Origin: Macrostomum lignano
Lineage: Eukaryota
Assembly: GCA_002269645.1 (NCBI GenBank)
Contig: NIVC01001612.1
Coordinates: 1-35,877 of the forward strand
DNA: 35,877 bases
Direction of reading: 5' to 3'
Part shown: positions 1 through 11,100 of the stretch, one piece after another
How the letters are laid out: each line of letters starts with the position of its first letter
How positions within the stretch are numbered: position 1 is the first letter of the stretch
The notes under the pieces: generated by a model
Told to the model about the DNA's origin: nothing
Databases searched by the model: none
The model's input: only the letters and a program-made list of their open reading frames with translations
Translations under genes and position numbers: made by a program

Positions 1-118
1 ACAGACTTAACCCCTGACAGAATTACCCCTTGACAGAATCACCCCCTGACACAATATCCCCTGACAGAATCGCCCCCTGACACTATCTCCCCTGACAGAA
101 TCGCCCCCTGACAGAATC
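1..118. repeat. Minisatellite, ~16-bp unit CCCCCTGACAGAATCG, in DEG/ENaC intron 3
   Basis: CTGACA recurs every 15-17 nt, about 7 copies visible. Confidence 0.85.
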
Positions 119-149
119 GCCCGAAAGAAGCTGCGAGAACAGCACTCAC

Positions 150-629
150 AAAACATGGGATAGGATCCAGTGGGATGCAGGATGACCTGCATTCCATCCG
201 AGCTAAGATGATTGACGTCCAACAGGCGATTCAACCGAAACTCTGAATCATCAGCCAGAAACTGTCTCAGAGACAGGCCTTCAATTCGATAGTCTCTGTT
301 GCTATCCCGCCGCGATCGGTTGTACTCAGAGTGACTGCTTGAGGTTGACGAGAAAAAATTGCTATCGGCCAAAGATGTTCAACATGAGGCCGGCATTGTG
401 CTCGCCGGTTGGATTGTCGTATCTCAGGCTGGAGTGGGGCCGGAACATGTAGCAGTTCCAGTGGCGGTAGTGCTGCACCAAGCTGAAATTCTTCTTGTTA
501 CAGGGCTGCCCGTTGAACTGGCACTCCAGTATGGTGCTGTAGTCTAGCAGGCTGAGGTCTCGGGTGTCGTCCGACACCCACAGCACCTGGTGGAGTTCAG
601 GTGGCTGTCTGCCTGTCTGTCTGTCTGCC

Positions 630-674
<45 letters not shown>

Positions 675-677
675 GCC

Positions 678-709
<32 letters not shown>

Positions 710-2010
710 CTGTCTGTCTGTCTGTCTGTAACACATAACAAAACTCACCTCCAACATCTTGGCCAGCACCTTCACAATGCGCAGGCGGTAATCTCTGTAG
801 GACTCGGTTTTACCCTGTCGCCTCTGATGGGTAAACCAGGCGTCAAAGTAGCCCCAGTGACGCTCCAGGTGTCTGTCCATCACCGGTCTGGATAGTGACA
901 AGAAAAATTGATGACAAGTAGAAAATTAAGGAATTGATTCTTTAGCCATTGCTTTGCCTTTAAAATTTATTCCCACAAGACCAGCCACTTTTATAGTAAA
1001 AAACACCAGTTTTAAAAATTAAATGAAAAACAATGTACTTGAATACTACTAGCAGTAGACTGACAGAGCATTTTGTTTCGAGGAATTTTTTACCACACGC
1101 GGAATCTCTCCTGGGGATTCAAGTCGAGAAATTTCCCCATCTGGGGATCTAGAAATAAAAATAGGACTCGAGGATTCTAGTTTCAAAATCTCCTCATTCA
1201 GGGATCTACAGGCAAAGGGAAATAACGATTCTAGTCTCAATATCTTCCCATTTTGAGATCTTAAAAGAAAATGAGGATTTTAATTTCAAATCTCTCCATT
1301 TGGGAATCTAAAGGGGAAATGAGGATTCTAGTCTCGAAATCTTTCTATTTGGGGATCTAAAGCCAGGAAAATGAAGATTATAGTCTCGAAATCTTCCCAT
1401 TAGGGGATCTAAAGGGGCAATGAGGATTCTTGTCTCGAAATCTTCCCATTTGGGGATCTAAATGGAAAATGAGGATTATAGCGTCGAAATCCCTCATTTG
1501 GGGATCTACTTGGGAAAAAAGGATTCTAGGCTCAATTAGGGAGCTAATAAAGCTGTTAAATTATTATTCCCAAATTGGGATTAAGGTCCATCTTTGATTC
1601 CCACACCTGTAGTAGCTGAGCAGGGACTCTGATGCCGGTTTGAGGCTGCACAGCGTCACGCTGGGAAACTCAGCTGGAGCCGCATCAACCGTCACCTGTG
1701 AGGCGACACCGCTAGCCAGGAAGTCTTGCACCGATCTGACCAGGTGCACCAGGCCGAGAATCGTCACTGTCAGCATAATGATTGCCCAGCAGAACTTCCT
1801 CTGTACAGAGTGGGCCGCCATCAGGTGTGGAACGCCTTCAATGGTAGTTCTCTCCGACCAGAGGCGCGTGTGCGCCAGAGCCAGCTCGCGCAGCTTCAAC
1901 CGTCGTCTCAATTTCACCAGATTCTTCATGTCGGGTTTTGTGTTGCCAACCAGTAGGGATAATATTGAATCCCTCTCCATCGCCGAACTTTTCTTGCTGC
2001 TAATGCTCAT
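150..2010 (-). CDS. DEG/ENaC (amiloride-sensitive/ASIC-like) channel subunit, 5' part; gene continues beyond the left edge
   Basis: Exons 2010-1607, 887-749 and 604 (or 586)-150, with GT-AG boundaries and matching phases. Motifs: pre-TM1 TTIEGVPHL, TM1 KFCWAIIMLTVTILGLVHL, EFPSVTLCS, ILECQFNGQPC, WNCYMF, GLMLNI, DGMQVILHPTGSYP. One extra base at the AAA run 371-373 breaks the frame in exon 3. Confidence 0.9.
606..728. repeat. (CTGT)n/(GACA)n microsatellite filling DEG/ENaC intron 2
   Basis: Near-perfect tetranucleotide run. Confidence 0.97.
1090..1530. repeat. Degenerate ~48-bp minisatellite (GGGATCTAAAGGGGAAATGAGGATTCTAGTCTCGAAAT...) in DEG/ENaC intron 1
   Basis: Recurring GAGGATTCTAGTCTCGAAAT and GGGATCTA blocks; same family as 5592-5975. 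Confidence 0.85.
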
Positions 2011-2178
2011 GCTTGGTGTTCGCGCGTGCAAGAGATTATATAATTATTTTCTGATTTGTCGTACGAGCTGCTCTGATCTTTCAATTAATTCAATATAGCT
2101 TTTTGCAGCCCATTTGGGCTTACGCGCATTTAATTTAATCCAAGATATGTTTGTCAAAGTAATGGAACTTTTGTCTAT

Positions 2179-2758
2179 GGTAGCAAGGCTGGCACAGCGG
2201 CATTTAATTTGGTCCAACAAGCATCAATTTGGTCCATTTAGTTCATTTGCAGCTCAGTCCCAGAATTGTGGACCATATGCTAGGCTGTTGAACGAATGCC
2301 ATTGGCTTGTGATCGAAGCACTCGACGGAGGTGAACACCCAAAGGACATTGCAATGTTGCTGAATGTAAAAGAAAAGATGGTTTACAGCATCCAGCAGCG
2401 CCTTGAAACTCTGCCGGCAGAGATTGCCTGCGAAAGGGTGGCAATCGCCAAGGAAAGTTGCTCGAGAGCCTCAGGTCCAACTGCTACTCGATGCAGTGGA
2501 GACGAACCCTTTGTTGACGTTGCCGAAATGCAGCAGAAGTTGAAGGAACAGTTCCAGTTGGTTATCAGATTTCGACTATCAGCAGAGCTCTGGAAAAGCA
2601 ACTGAAAATTGCTGGTAGAGACGCTGACATTCCAGCGGTGCGCAACAACCTGCAGACGGTTGAGAGAAGGCAAGAGTTTGTCCAATGGCTCACGAGTGTT
2701 TGGACCAAATGGATGCTTGTTCGACCAAATTAAATGCCGCTGCGCCAGCCTTGCTACC
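2179..2758 (+). mobile_element. Non-autonomous TIR DNA transposon carrying an HTH transposase-like N-terminal remnant
   Basis: About 58-bp inverted repeats (2179-2236 and 2701-2758, GGTAGCAAGGCTGGC...), flanked by AT on both sides. The internal + ORF reads ALDGGEHPKDIAMLLNVKEKMVYSIQQRL, resembling the first HTH of Tc1/IS630-like transposases. No DDE domain is present. Confidence 0.7.
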
Positions 2759-2884
2759 ATGGTGAAGTGAAGAATGCTATATTTCTTCTAGGACTTAATC
2801 ATGTACTTCTTGTGTTGCTAGGCCATAGACTTTTAGATTTTTTCTCGGAATTAATAGCTTATCGCTAACTGTTCCAGTTCTAGT

Positions 2885-3586
2885 CACAGAACTTACCCAG
2901 AATGCTCAATCAGCGATTTTATGAAATTAAACTGCGTAGAAATAGATATGCGTGCAAACTACTAATCCGGTGAAGAAACATAAGTAGCCATAGACTATTA
3001 CTCAAGTGTGTAGCACAAGATATATTCATTTAATAGAATGACTTGCAGCAGCATTGTCTTCTCACAAAAAATGTGGATGTTTGGTTTTGCTGCAGTGAAG
3101 TACATGTATGCCTTCGGCAAAATCACGAAAACAGTGCGCTGCCTATGGCTGTCCAAATTATTCCTATCGTTGTCTACCAGAAACCAGGTTTCACAGCTTT
3201 CCTTCAAACCACGCCCGGTAAGCTAGTGACCAATATTATTTGCATGAAAACTTGTGTACGATTTGTGTTGTATTTTACGCTGTAGGTGTGAAGACTCGGC
3301 TCGTCGCATCTTCCGTGCTGACCTTCTGAGGAAGAAATATGAGCGCAAGTTGGCGAATGCAGTGGTGTGCAGTCAGCACTTCGGCTGATCACATGTATGT
3401 GTGCCCGCCTCCAAAGCCAAGAGCCTGTCTCAGCACATTGAGTCCCATTCGGTAAGTTGTGCAATCAGCTTTGCAGCGCTATATTGCCGCCTACGGCTGC
3501 ACCGGATTAGTAGTTTGCACGCATCTCTATTCTACGCAGTTTAATTTCATAGAATTGCTGATTTAGCATTCTGGGTAAGTTCTATG
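2885..3586 (+). mobile_element. P-element-like non-autonomous transposon with THAP remnant
   Basis: About 87-bp TIRs starting CA(C/T)AGAACTTACCCAGAATGCT (2885-2971 and 3500-3586). Perfect 8-bp TSD GTTCTAGT at 2877-2884 and 3587-3594. Contains a spliced THAP-domain remnant. Confidence 0.85.
3108..3451 (+). pseudogene. THAP zinc-finger remnant, two exons (3108-3217, 3286-3451)
   Basis: MPSAKSRKQCAAYGCPNY...RFHSFPSNHAR|CEDSARRIFRADL...NAVVCSQHF matches the THAP C2CH signature. The conserved Trp reads Ser (TCG 3296-3298). In-frame TGA at 3386-3388; removing one G at 3383-3384 restores HFADHMYVC. GT-AG sites are intact. Confidence 0.8.
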
Positions 3587-3654
3587 GTTCTAGTAGCTGT
3601 CTGTACTCAAGTACTCAAGTTCGTAAGTTCTCAAGTACATATTTCTAATCGTTC

Positions 3655-3760
3655 CATTTCTCTCCCTCTTTCCCTCACTCTCCCCTTTGTCTCTCTCCGC
3701 CTCCCTCTCCCTTTCTTCCCCCTCTCTCTCCCTCTCTCTCCCACTCTCTACCTTTCTCAT
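3655..3760. repeat. CT-rich low-complexity tract
   Basis: Almost pure C/T on the + strand. Confidence 0.85.
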
Positions 3761-4179
3761 CTCAATCCCACCTATTCTATCCACTATTAGTGGACAGATA
3801 AAATAGTGAATTTGATCGTGTCACATTTTGGACAGTATAAGCCACGTGCTGAAAATTTATTTTTTTAAAGTTGACAAAGAAATCGATACGCAGATATTTC
3901 AATTTCGTTAATAATTTATTTGCGATTTAAACAAGAATTTAATTTTTAATACTTAATTATGTTTAATAGGAAACATTAGAAGCATTACTGGTTTAAATAC
4001 AATATTTAATAAACGTACTCGTGATTTAAGAATATCAATTATTAAAAAATTAAAATTAACTATTGCAGAAAAAAATTCAAACAGGTATCTTAGGGATTTC
4101 GAATAATTTGAGTTTCAGTGTTTGAAAAAAATGAGAAACATTTCGCCTCTTAGCGTAATTAGCTCGTGTTTATGGCGCC

Positions 4180-5105
4180 TTCCTACACCAGTTTTGACGC
4201 TTTTCTACACCAGTTTTGGCGCTTTTCTACACCAGTTTTGGCGCTTAATTTCTACACCAGTTTTGACGCTTTTCTACACCAGTTTTGGCGCTTTTCTACA
4301 CCAGTTTCGGCGCTTAATTTCTACACCAGTTTTGACGCTTTTCTACACCAGTTTTGGCGCTTTTCTACACCAGTTTTGGCGCTTTTCTACACCAGTTTTG
4401 ACGCTTTTCTACACCAGTTTTGGCGCTTTTCTACACCAGTTTTGGCGATTTTCTACACCAGTTTCGGCGCTTAATTTCTACACCAGTTTTGGCGCCTTTC
4501 TACACCAGTTTTGACGCTTTTCTACACCAGTTTTGGCGCTTTTCTACACCAGTTTTGGCGCTTTTCTACACCAGTTTCGGCGCTTAATTTCTACACCAGT
4601 TTTGACGCTTTTCTACACCAGTTTTGGCGCTTTTCTACACCAGTTTTGGCGCTTTTCTACACCAGTTTTGACGCTTTTCTACACCAGTTTTGGCGCTTTT
4701 CTACACCAGTTTTGGCGATTTTCTACACCAGTTTCGGCGCTTAATTTCTACACCAGTTTTGGCGCCTTTCTACACCAGTTTTGACGCTTTTCTACACCAG
4801 TTTTGGCGCTTTTCTACACCAGTTTTGGCGCTTTTCTACACCAGTTTCGGCGCTTAATTTCTACACCAGTTTTGAAGCTTTTCTACACCAGTTTCGGCGC
4901 TTAATTTCTACACCAGTTTTGACGCTTTTCTACACCAGTTTTGGCTTTAATTTCTACACCAGTTTTGACTTTAATTTCTACACCAGTTTTGGCGCCTTTC
5001 TACACCAGTTTTGACGCTTTTCTACACCAGTTTTGGCTTTAATTTCTACACCAGTTTTGGCGCCTTTCTACACCAGTTTTGACGCTTTTTTACGCCAGTT
5101 TTGGT
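4180..5105. repeat. Minisatellite, 22-24-bp unit CAGTTTTGGCGCTTTTCTACAC, just downstream of Mx
   Basis: Roughly 40 tandem units with variants (GACGC, GCTTAATTTC) and higher-order blocks. Confidence 0.97.
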
Positions 5106-5165
5106 TTTAATCAGAACCCTATTCCATGGTTAATATTGTGTCCAAACTCGCCTTCATCCATCATC

Positions 5166-8100
5166 TCAGAAGCTGGACAGCTCCTGCTCAGCAACCATCA
5201 GGCTGTCGAGCCACTGCCTCAACTGCCGCCGCTTGGCCCCGGTCTCCGGGTTCTCCTCCTGGAGCAGATCGTACAGCTGCCCCGGATCCATCAGGAGGAC
5301 GCCCAGACGGTGACTGACGCCGCTAGACATTCCGTGAAGCATGTTGTACACAACGGCCATTGGGATCGTGTCCTGAAGCCGGCGCACTGACACTCGAACG
5401 TAGGCCTCCGCACCTTCTAGCACGGTCAGCGAGTTCTGCTGAGCCAGCTCACGCTGCAGACTCGCTCGGCTGAGGGCTGTGGCCCCGACATTCACCTCCG
5501 AGATGTTGGCCGGCTTCGACAGGGTGGCCTTCGTCTGCAGCTTTTCGTTGGACGGCCTGCGACAGAGGAAATTGAGAATGAAATCCATGATTAGGGAAAT
5601 GAGGATTCTAGTCTCGAAATGTCCCATTTTGGGATCTAATGGGGAAATGAGGATTCTAGTCTCGAAATGTCCCATTTTGGGATCTAATGGGGAAATGAGG
5701 ATTCTAGTCTCGAAATGTCCCATTTTGGGATCTAATGGGGAAATGAGGATTCTAGTCTCGAAATGTCCCATTTTGGGATCTAAAAGTGAAATGAGGATTC
5801 TAGTCTCGAAATGTCCCATTTTGGGATCTAATAGGGAAATGAGGATTCTAGTCTCGAAATGTCCCATTTTGGGATCTAATGGGGAAATGAGGATTCTATT
5901 CTCGAAATGTCCCATTTTGGGATCTAATGGGGAAATGAGGATTCTAGTCTCGAAATCTCCCCATTTAGAAACCTAAGGGATTCACTCAGGAAATCCCCCA
6001 CTTGAGGATCTAAGGAAAAACAGCTTGAAATCATGCTTTCAACTCACTTCTTTAGCTCGCTATGGTAAATCCGATCCTGAGCAAAAATGATTCTCTCTTG
6101 CTCAAGAATGATCGTTATCTGCTTTTTTGAATCGTCGTATTTCCTTGACTTGATGAGCTCAACCTCTTGCTTAATGTGCCGGTTTAAGCTGGGATACTGG
6201 CCGAACACCCGGTCTGAGAGGGCCCTCAGAGTCTGGTCGACCTCTTGGGTGACAGACAGCAGAAACTGGGTGGCGTGAGGCTGCAGTTTGACTAAGAAGT
6301 GGCTGCAGACCAGCCGCTCCAGCACTGGGAAGGTGTTGTCAAATCCACCAGCTCACGGCCGCGCTGCCTTTTCACGTCCTCCTCAAGAATCTTCAGCAGG
6401 CCCTTGTCTGCGTCGGGTTTATAGATTATATCGGAAAGTGTTTTCGGTTGATAACAATGAAATCTCAGCTATGAGAGAAGAGGAGAGATGGAAAGATGTT
6501 GTGGGAGATTATGAGAGGATGTAGGGAACTAGAGGATGTTGGGAGAGGAGGGGAGAGACAGGTAGAGGAGGGAGAGGAGGGAGAGGAGGGAGAGGAGGGG
6601 AGAGACAGGTAGAGGAGGGAGAGGAGGGAGAGGAGGGAGAGGAGGGGAGAGACAGGTAGAGGCTGGAAGAAGGGGAGAGGTGGGGAGAGGAGGGAGAGGA
6701 GGGGAGAAGAGGGGAGAGGAGGGGAGAAGAGGGAGAGGAGGGGAGAGGAGGAGAGGAGGGGAGAAGAGGGAGAGGAGGGGAGAAGAGGGAGAGGAGGGAG
6801 AGGAGGGAGAGGAGGGAGAGGAGGGAGAGGAGGGAGAGGAGGGAGAGGAGGAGAGGAGGGAGAGGAGGGGAGAGACAGGTAGAGGCTGGAAGAAGGGGAG
6901 AGGTGGGGAGAGGAGGGAGAGGAGGGAGAAGAGGGAGAGGAGGGGAGAAGAGGGAGAGGAGGGGAGAGGAGGGAGAGGAGGGGAGAAGAGGGAGAGGAGG
7001 GGAAAGGAGGGAGAGGAGGGGAGAAGAGGGAGAGGAGGGAGAGGAGGGAGAGGAGGGGAGAAGAGGGAGAGGAGGGAGAGGAGGGAGAGGAGGGAGAGGA
7101 GGGAGAGGAGGGAGAGGAGGGAGAGGAGGGAGAGGAGGGAGAGGAGGGAAAGGAGGGAGAGGAGGGAGAGGAGGGAGAGGAGGGAGAGGAGGGAGAGGAG
7201 GGGAGAGGAGGGGAGAAGAGGGAGAGGAGGGGAGAAGAGGGGAGAGGAGGGGAGAAGAGGGAGAGGAGGGGAGAGGAGGGAGAGGAGGGGAGAAGAGGGA
7301 GTGGAGGGAGAGGAGGGGAGAGGAGGGGAGAGACAGGTAGAGGAGGGAGAGGAGGGAGAGGAGGGGAGAGACAGGTAGAGGCTGGAAGAAGGGGAGAGGT
7401 GGGGAGAGGAGGGAGAGGAGGGGAGAGGAGGGAGAGGAGGGGAGAAGAGGGAGAGGAGGGGAGAAGAGGGGAGAGGAGGGGAGAAGAGGGAGAGGAGGGG
7501 AGAGGAGGGAGAGGAGGGGAGAAGAGGGAGAGGAGGGAGAGGAGGGAGAGGAGGGAGAGGAGGGAGAGGAGGGAGAGGAGGGAGAGGAGGGAGAGGAGGG
7601 AAAGGAGGGAGAGGAGGGAGAGGAGGGAGAGGAGGGAGAGGAGGGAGAGGAGAGAGAGGAGGGGAGAAGAGGGGAGAGGAGGGGAGAAGAGGGAGAGGAG
7701 GGGAGAGGAGGGAGAGGAGGGAGTGGAGGGAGAGGAGGGAGAGGAGGGAGAGGAGGGGAGAAGAGGGGAGAAGAGGGAGAGGAGGGGAGAAGAGGGAGAG
7801 GAGGGGAGAGGAGGGGAGAGGAGGGAGAGGAGGGAGAGGAGTGAGAGGAGTGAGAGGAGGGGAGAGGAGGGGAGAGGAGGGAGAGGAGGGAGAGGAGGGA
7901 GAGGAGGGAAAGGAGGGAGAGGAGGGAGAGGAGGGAGAGGAGGGAGAGGAGGGAGAGGAGAGAGAGGAGGGGAGAAGAGGGGAGAGGAGGGGAGAAGAGG
8001 GAGAGGAGGGGAGAGGAGGGAGAGGAGGGAGTGGAGGGAGAGGAGGGAGAGGAGGGAGAGGAGGGAGAAGAGGGAGAAGAGGGAGAGGAGGGGAGAAGAG

Positions 8101-11100
8101 GGAGAGGAGGGGAGAAGAGGGAGAGGAGGGGAGAGGAGGGGAGAGGAGGGAGAGGAGTGAGAGGAGGGGAGAGGAGGGGAGAGGAGGGAGAGGAGGGAGA
8201 GGAGGGAGAGGAGGGAGAGGAGGGAGAGAAGGGGAGAGGAGGGAGAGGAGGGAGAGGAGGGAGAGGAGGGAGAGGAGGGAGAGGAGGGAGTGGAGGGAGG
8301 GAGAGGAGGGAGAGGAGGGAGAGGAGGGAGAGGAGGGAGAGGAGGGAGAGGAGGGGAGAAGAGGGGAGAAGAGGGGAGAGGAGGGAGAGGAGTGAGAGGA
8401 GTGAGAGGAGGGGAGAGGAGGGGAGAGGAGGGAGAGGAGGGAGAGGAGGGAGAGGAGGGAGAGGAGGGAGAGAAGGGGAGAGGAGGGAGAGGAGGGAGAG
8501 GAGGGAGAGGAGGGAGAGGAGGGAGAGGAGGGAGAGGAGGGAGAGGAGGGGAGAGGAGGGGAGAAGAGTGGAGAAGAGGGAGAGGAGGGGAGAGGAGGGA
8601 GAAGAGGGAGAGGAGGGAGAGGAGGGAGTGGAGGGAGGGAGAGGAGGGAGAGGAGGGAGAGGAGGGAGAGGAGGGAGAGGAGGGAGAGGAGGGGAGAAGA
8701 GGGGAGAAGAGGGGAGAGGAGGGAGAGGAGGGAGAGGAGGGAGAGGAGGGAGAGGAGGGAGAGGAGGGAGAGGAGGGAGAGGAGGGAGAGGAGGGAGAGG
8801 AGGGAGAGGAGGGGAGAAGAGGGAGAGGAGGGGAGAAGAGGGGAGAGGAGGGGAGAAGAGGGAGAGGAGGGGAGAGGAGGGAGAGGAGGGGAGAAGAGGG
8901 AGTGGAGGGAGAGGAGGGGAGAGGAGGGCAGCAGAACATCGCAGCTCACTCTCAGGCGACTCAGAGAAGGCGCATCTCTCGATGTCATCAGCCAGAGCCT
9001 CCCAGTGCAGTCGGCAGGGCCCAAACAGTCGGGTCTCCTCGTGCCAGTGAGTTCCGCTGGCAGTGTTGGAGAATTCCTTCTTAAACTCTTCAACCATTTT
9101 TACCAGGAGGTCCTTCATTTCGGCCTCGGACTGTGGCGGCCCGGTGCCCAGGGCTTCCAGCATGGTCATGTAGTCGTTGCGCTTTATCTATAAATCATTT
9201 TTGGAACGAATGATTTTAGAAAATTTTTCACTATATATTGAAACCTTATCTATAATTATTTCATAGCTAGTCTAATTCCCTGATAAATTAATCCCATTCC
9301 ATTAGTCTAATTCCCGAATAGATTAGTCTAATTCCCCGATAGATTAATCCCATTCCCGGATAGATTAATCTAATTCCCTGATAGATTAGTCTAATTCTTC
9401 GATAAGATGAAATTCCTCGATAAAGTAGTCTAATTCCCAAAATAGTTGAATCTAATTCCCCGACACATTAATCTAATTCAATTATGAATTAATCAAATTC
9501 CCCGGTTGATTAATCTAATTTCCCATTAGATTAGTCTAAGTATTTGATAAATTAGTCTAATTCCCCAATAGATTAATCTAATTCCCCGACAGATGAGTCT
9601 AATTCCTTGACAGATAAGTCTAATTCCCCGACAGATAAGTCTAATTCCCCGACAGATGAGTCTAATTCCCCGACAGATGAGTCTAATTCCTTGACAGATA
9701 AGTCTAATTTCCCGACAGATGAGTCTAATTTCCCGACAGATGAGTCTAATTCCCCGACAGATGAGTCTAATTCCCCGATACAGGTAGACTCGCCAGCTCA
9801 GACCAACCTGAATCTCCTTGAGCATCTCGGGAATTCGCTCCTTAACAGCCTGGTAGAGCTCCACGCTGAGCTTGTTAGCCAGAGTCTTGCAGCCTCTCTG
9901 GTAGTCGCCGAGTGCGCAGAACTGCGGGTGCAACTTGAAGAACTCCTCCTCTGCTTTGCAGGCCTCGCGCAGGCCCATGTTGTCTTTCAGCTGCTGCGGG
10001 GTCCGGCAGCGGACGGTGACAAAACCTTTCCTCAGCTTGAGCCGTTCGTTCCTCATCATGGCGAGGACTTCGATCTCCGAGCCGGGGTTCACCAGATCCG
10101 GGCAGGTCAGCACCCCCAGGGTGCGCTTGCACTCCGGGTCGACTTCGCGAGCCAGAGAGATCGCCTCCACTGTTTCAACGTCAACGTTGCACGGAATGAC
10201 AACCAGGATGAGCACCTCGGGCTTGAGGATGTACGACATGATGAGGGACTTGCTAACCGTTGCTATGTCACCCGCGTTGGCTATGGAGAATCTGCGGCCG
10301 TTTGGTGGGTGGGAATAATTATAATAAAACTTTATTATCCAGACTATTATCCAAACTATTATAAAACTTTATAGGTCTGGCCCTCATGACTGTAAATCGC
10401 TCAACAACCCACCAAGACAAGTTTTCTTATACACAAGCCGCAAATGAATGTCTAGTCTCATTGATTCTAGTCTCAATATCTGATCTCATTCACTCTAGCC
10501 TCAATATCTGAACCCATTGATTCCAGTTTCAATATCTAATCCCATTGATTCCAGTCTCTATATCTAATCTTATTGATTTCAGTCTCAACATCTAATCTCA
10601 TTGATTCTAGTCTCAATATCTAATCTCAGTCACTCTAGCCTCAATATCTAATCTCATTCATTCTAGCCTCAATATCTAATCCCATTGATTCCAGTCTCTA
10701 TATCTAATCTTATTGATTTCAGTCTCAATATCTAATCTCATTGATTCTAGTCTCAATATCTAATCTCATTCATTCTAGCCTCAACATCTAGTCTCATTGA
10801 TTCTAGTCTCAAAATCTCATTCATTCTAGCCTCAATATCTAATCCCATTGATTCCAGTCTCTATATCTAATCTGATTGATTCCAGTTTCAATATCCAATC
10901 TCATTGATTCTAGTCTCAATAACCAATCTCGCCTTCTTTAATCTCAAAATTCGATCCACTGTGTCACAATCTCAATATCTAATCTCACTGACATATGCCT
11001 GTCGCGTTATCTAATCTCACCCATTTTAATTAACATATCTAATCTCACTCATTTTAATTAACATATCTAATCTCACCCATTTTAATTAACATATCTAATC

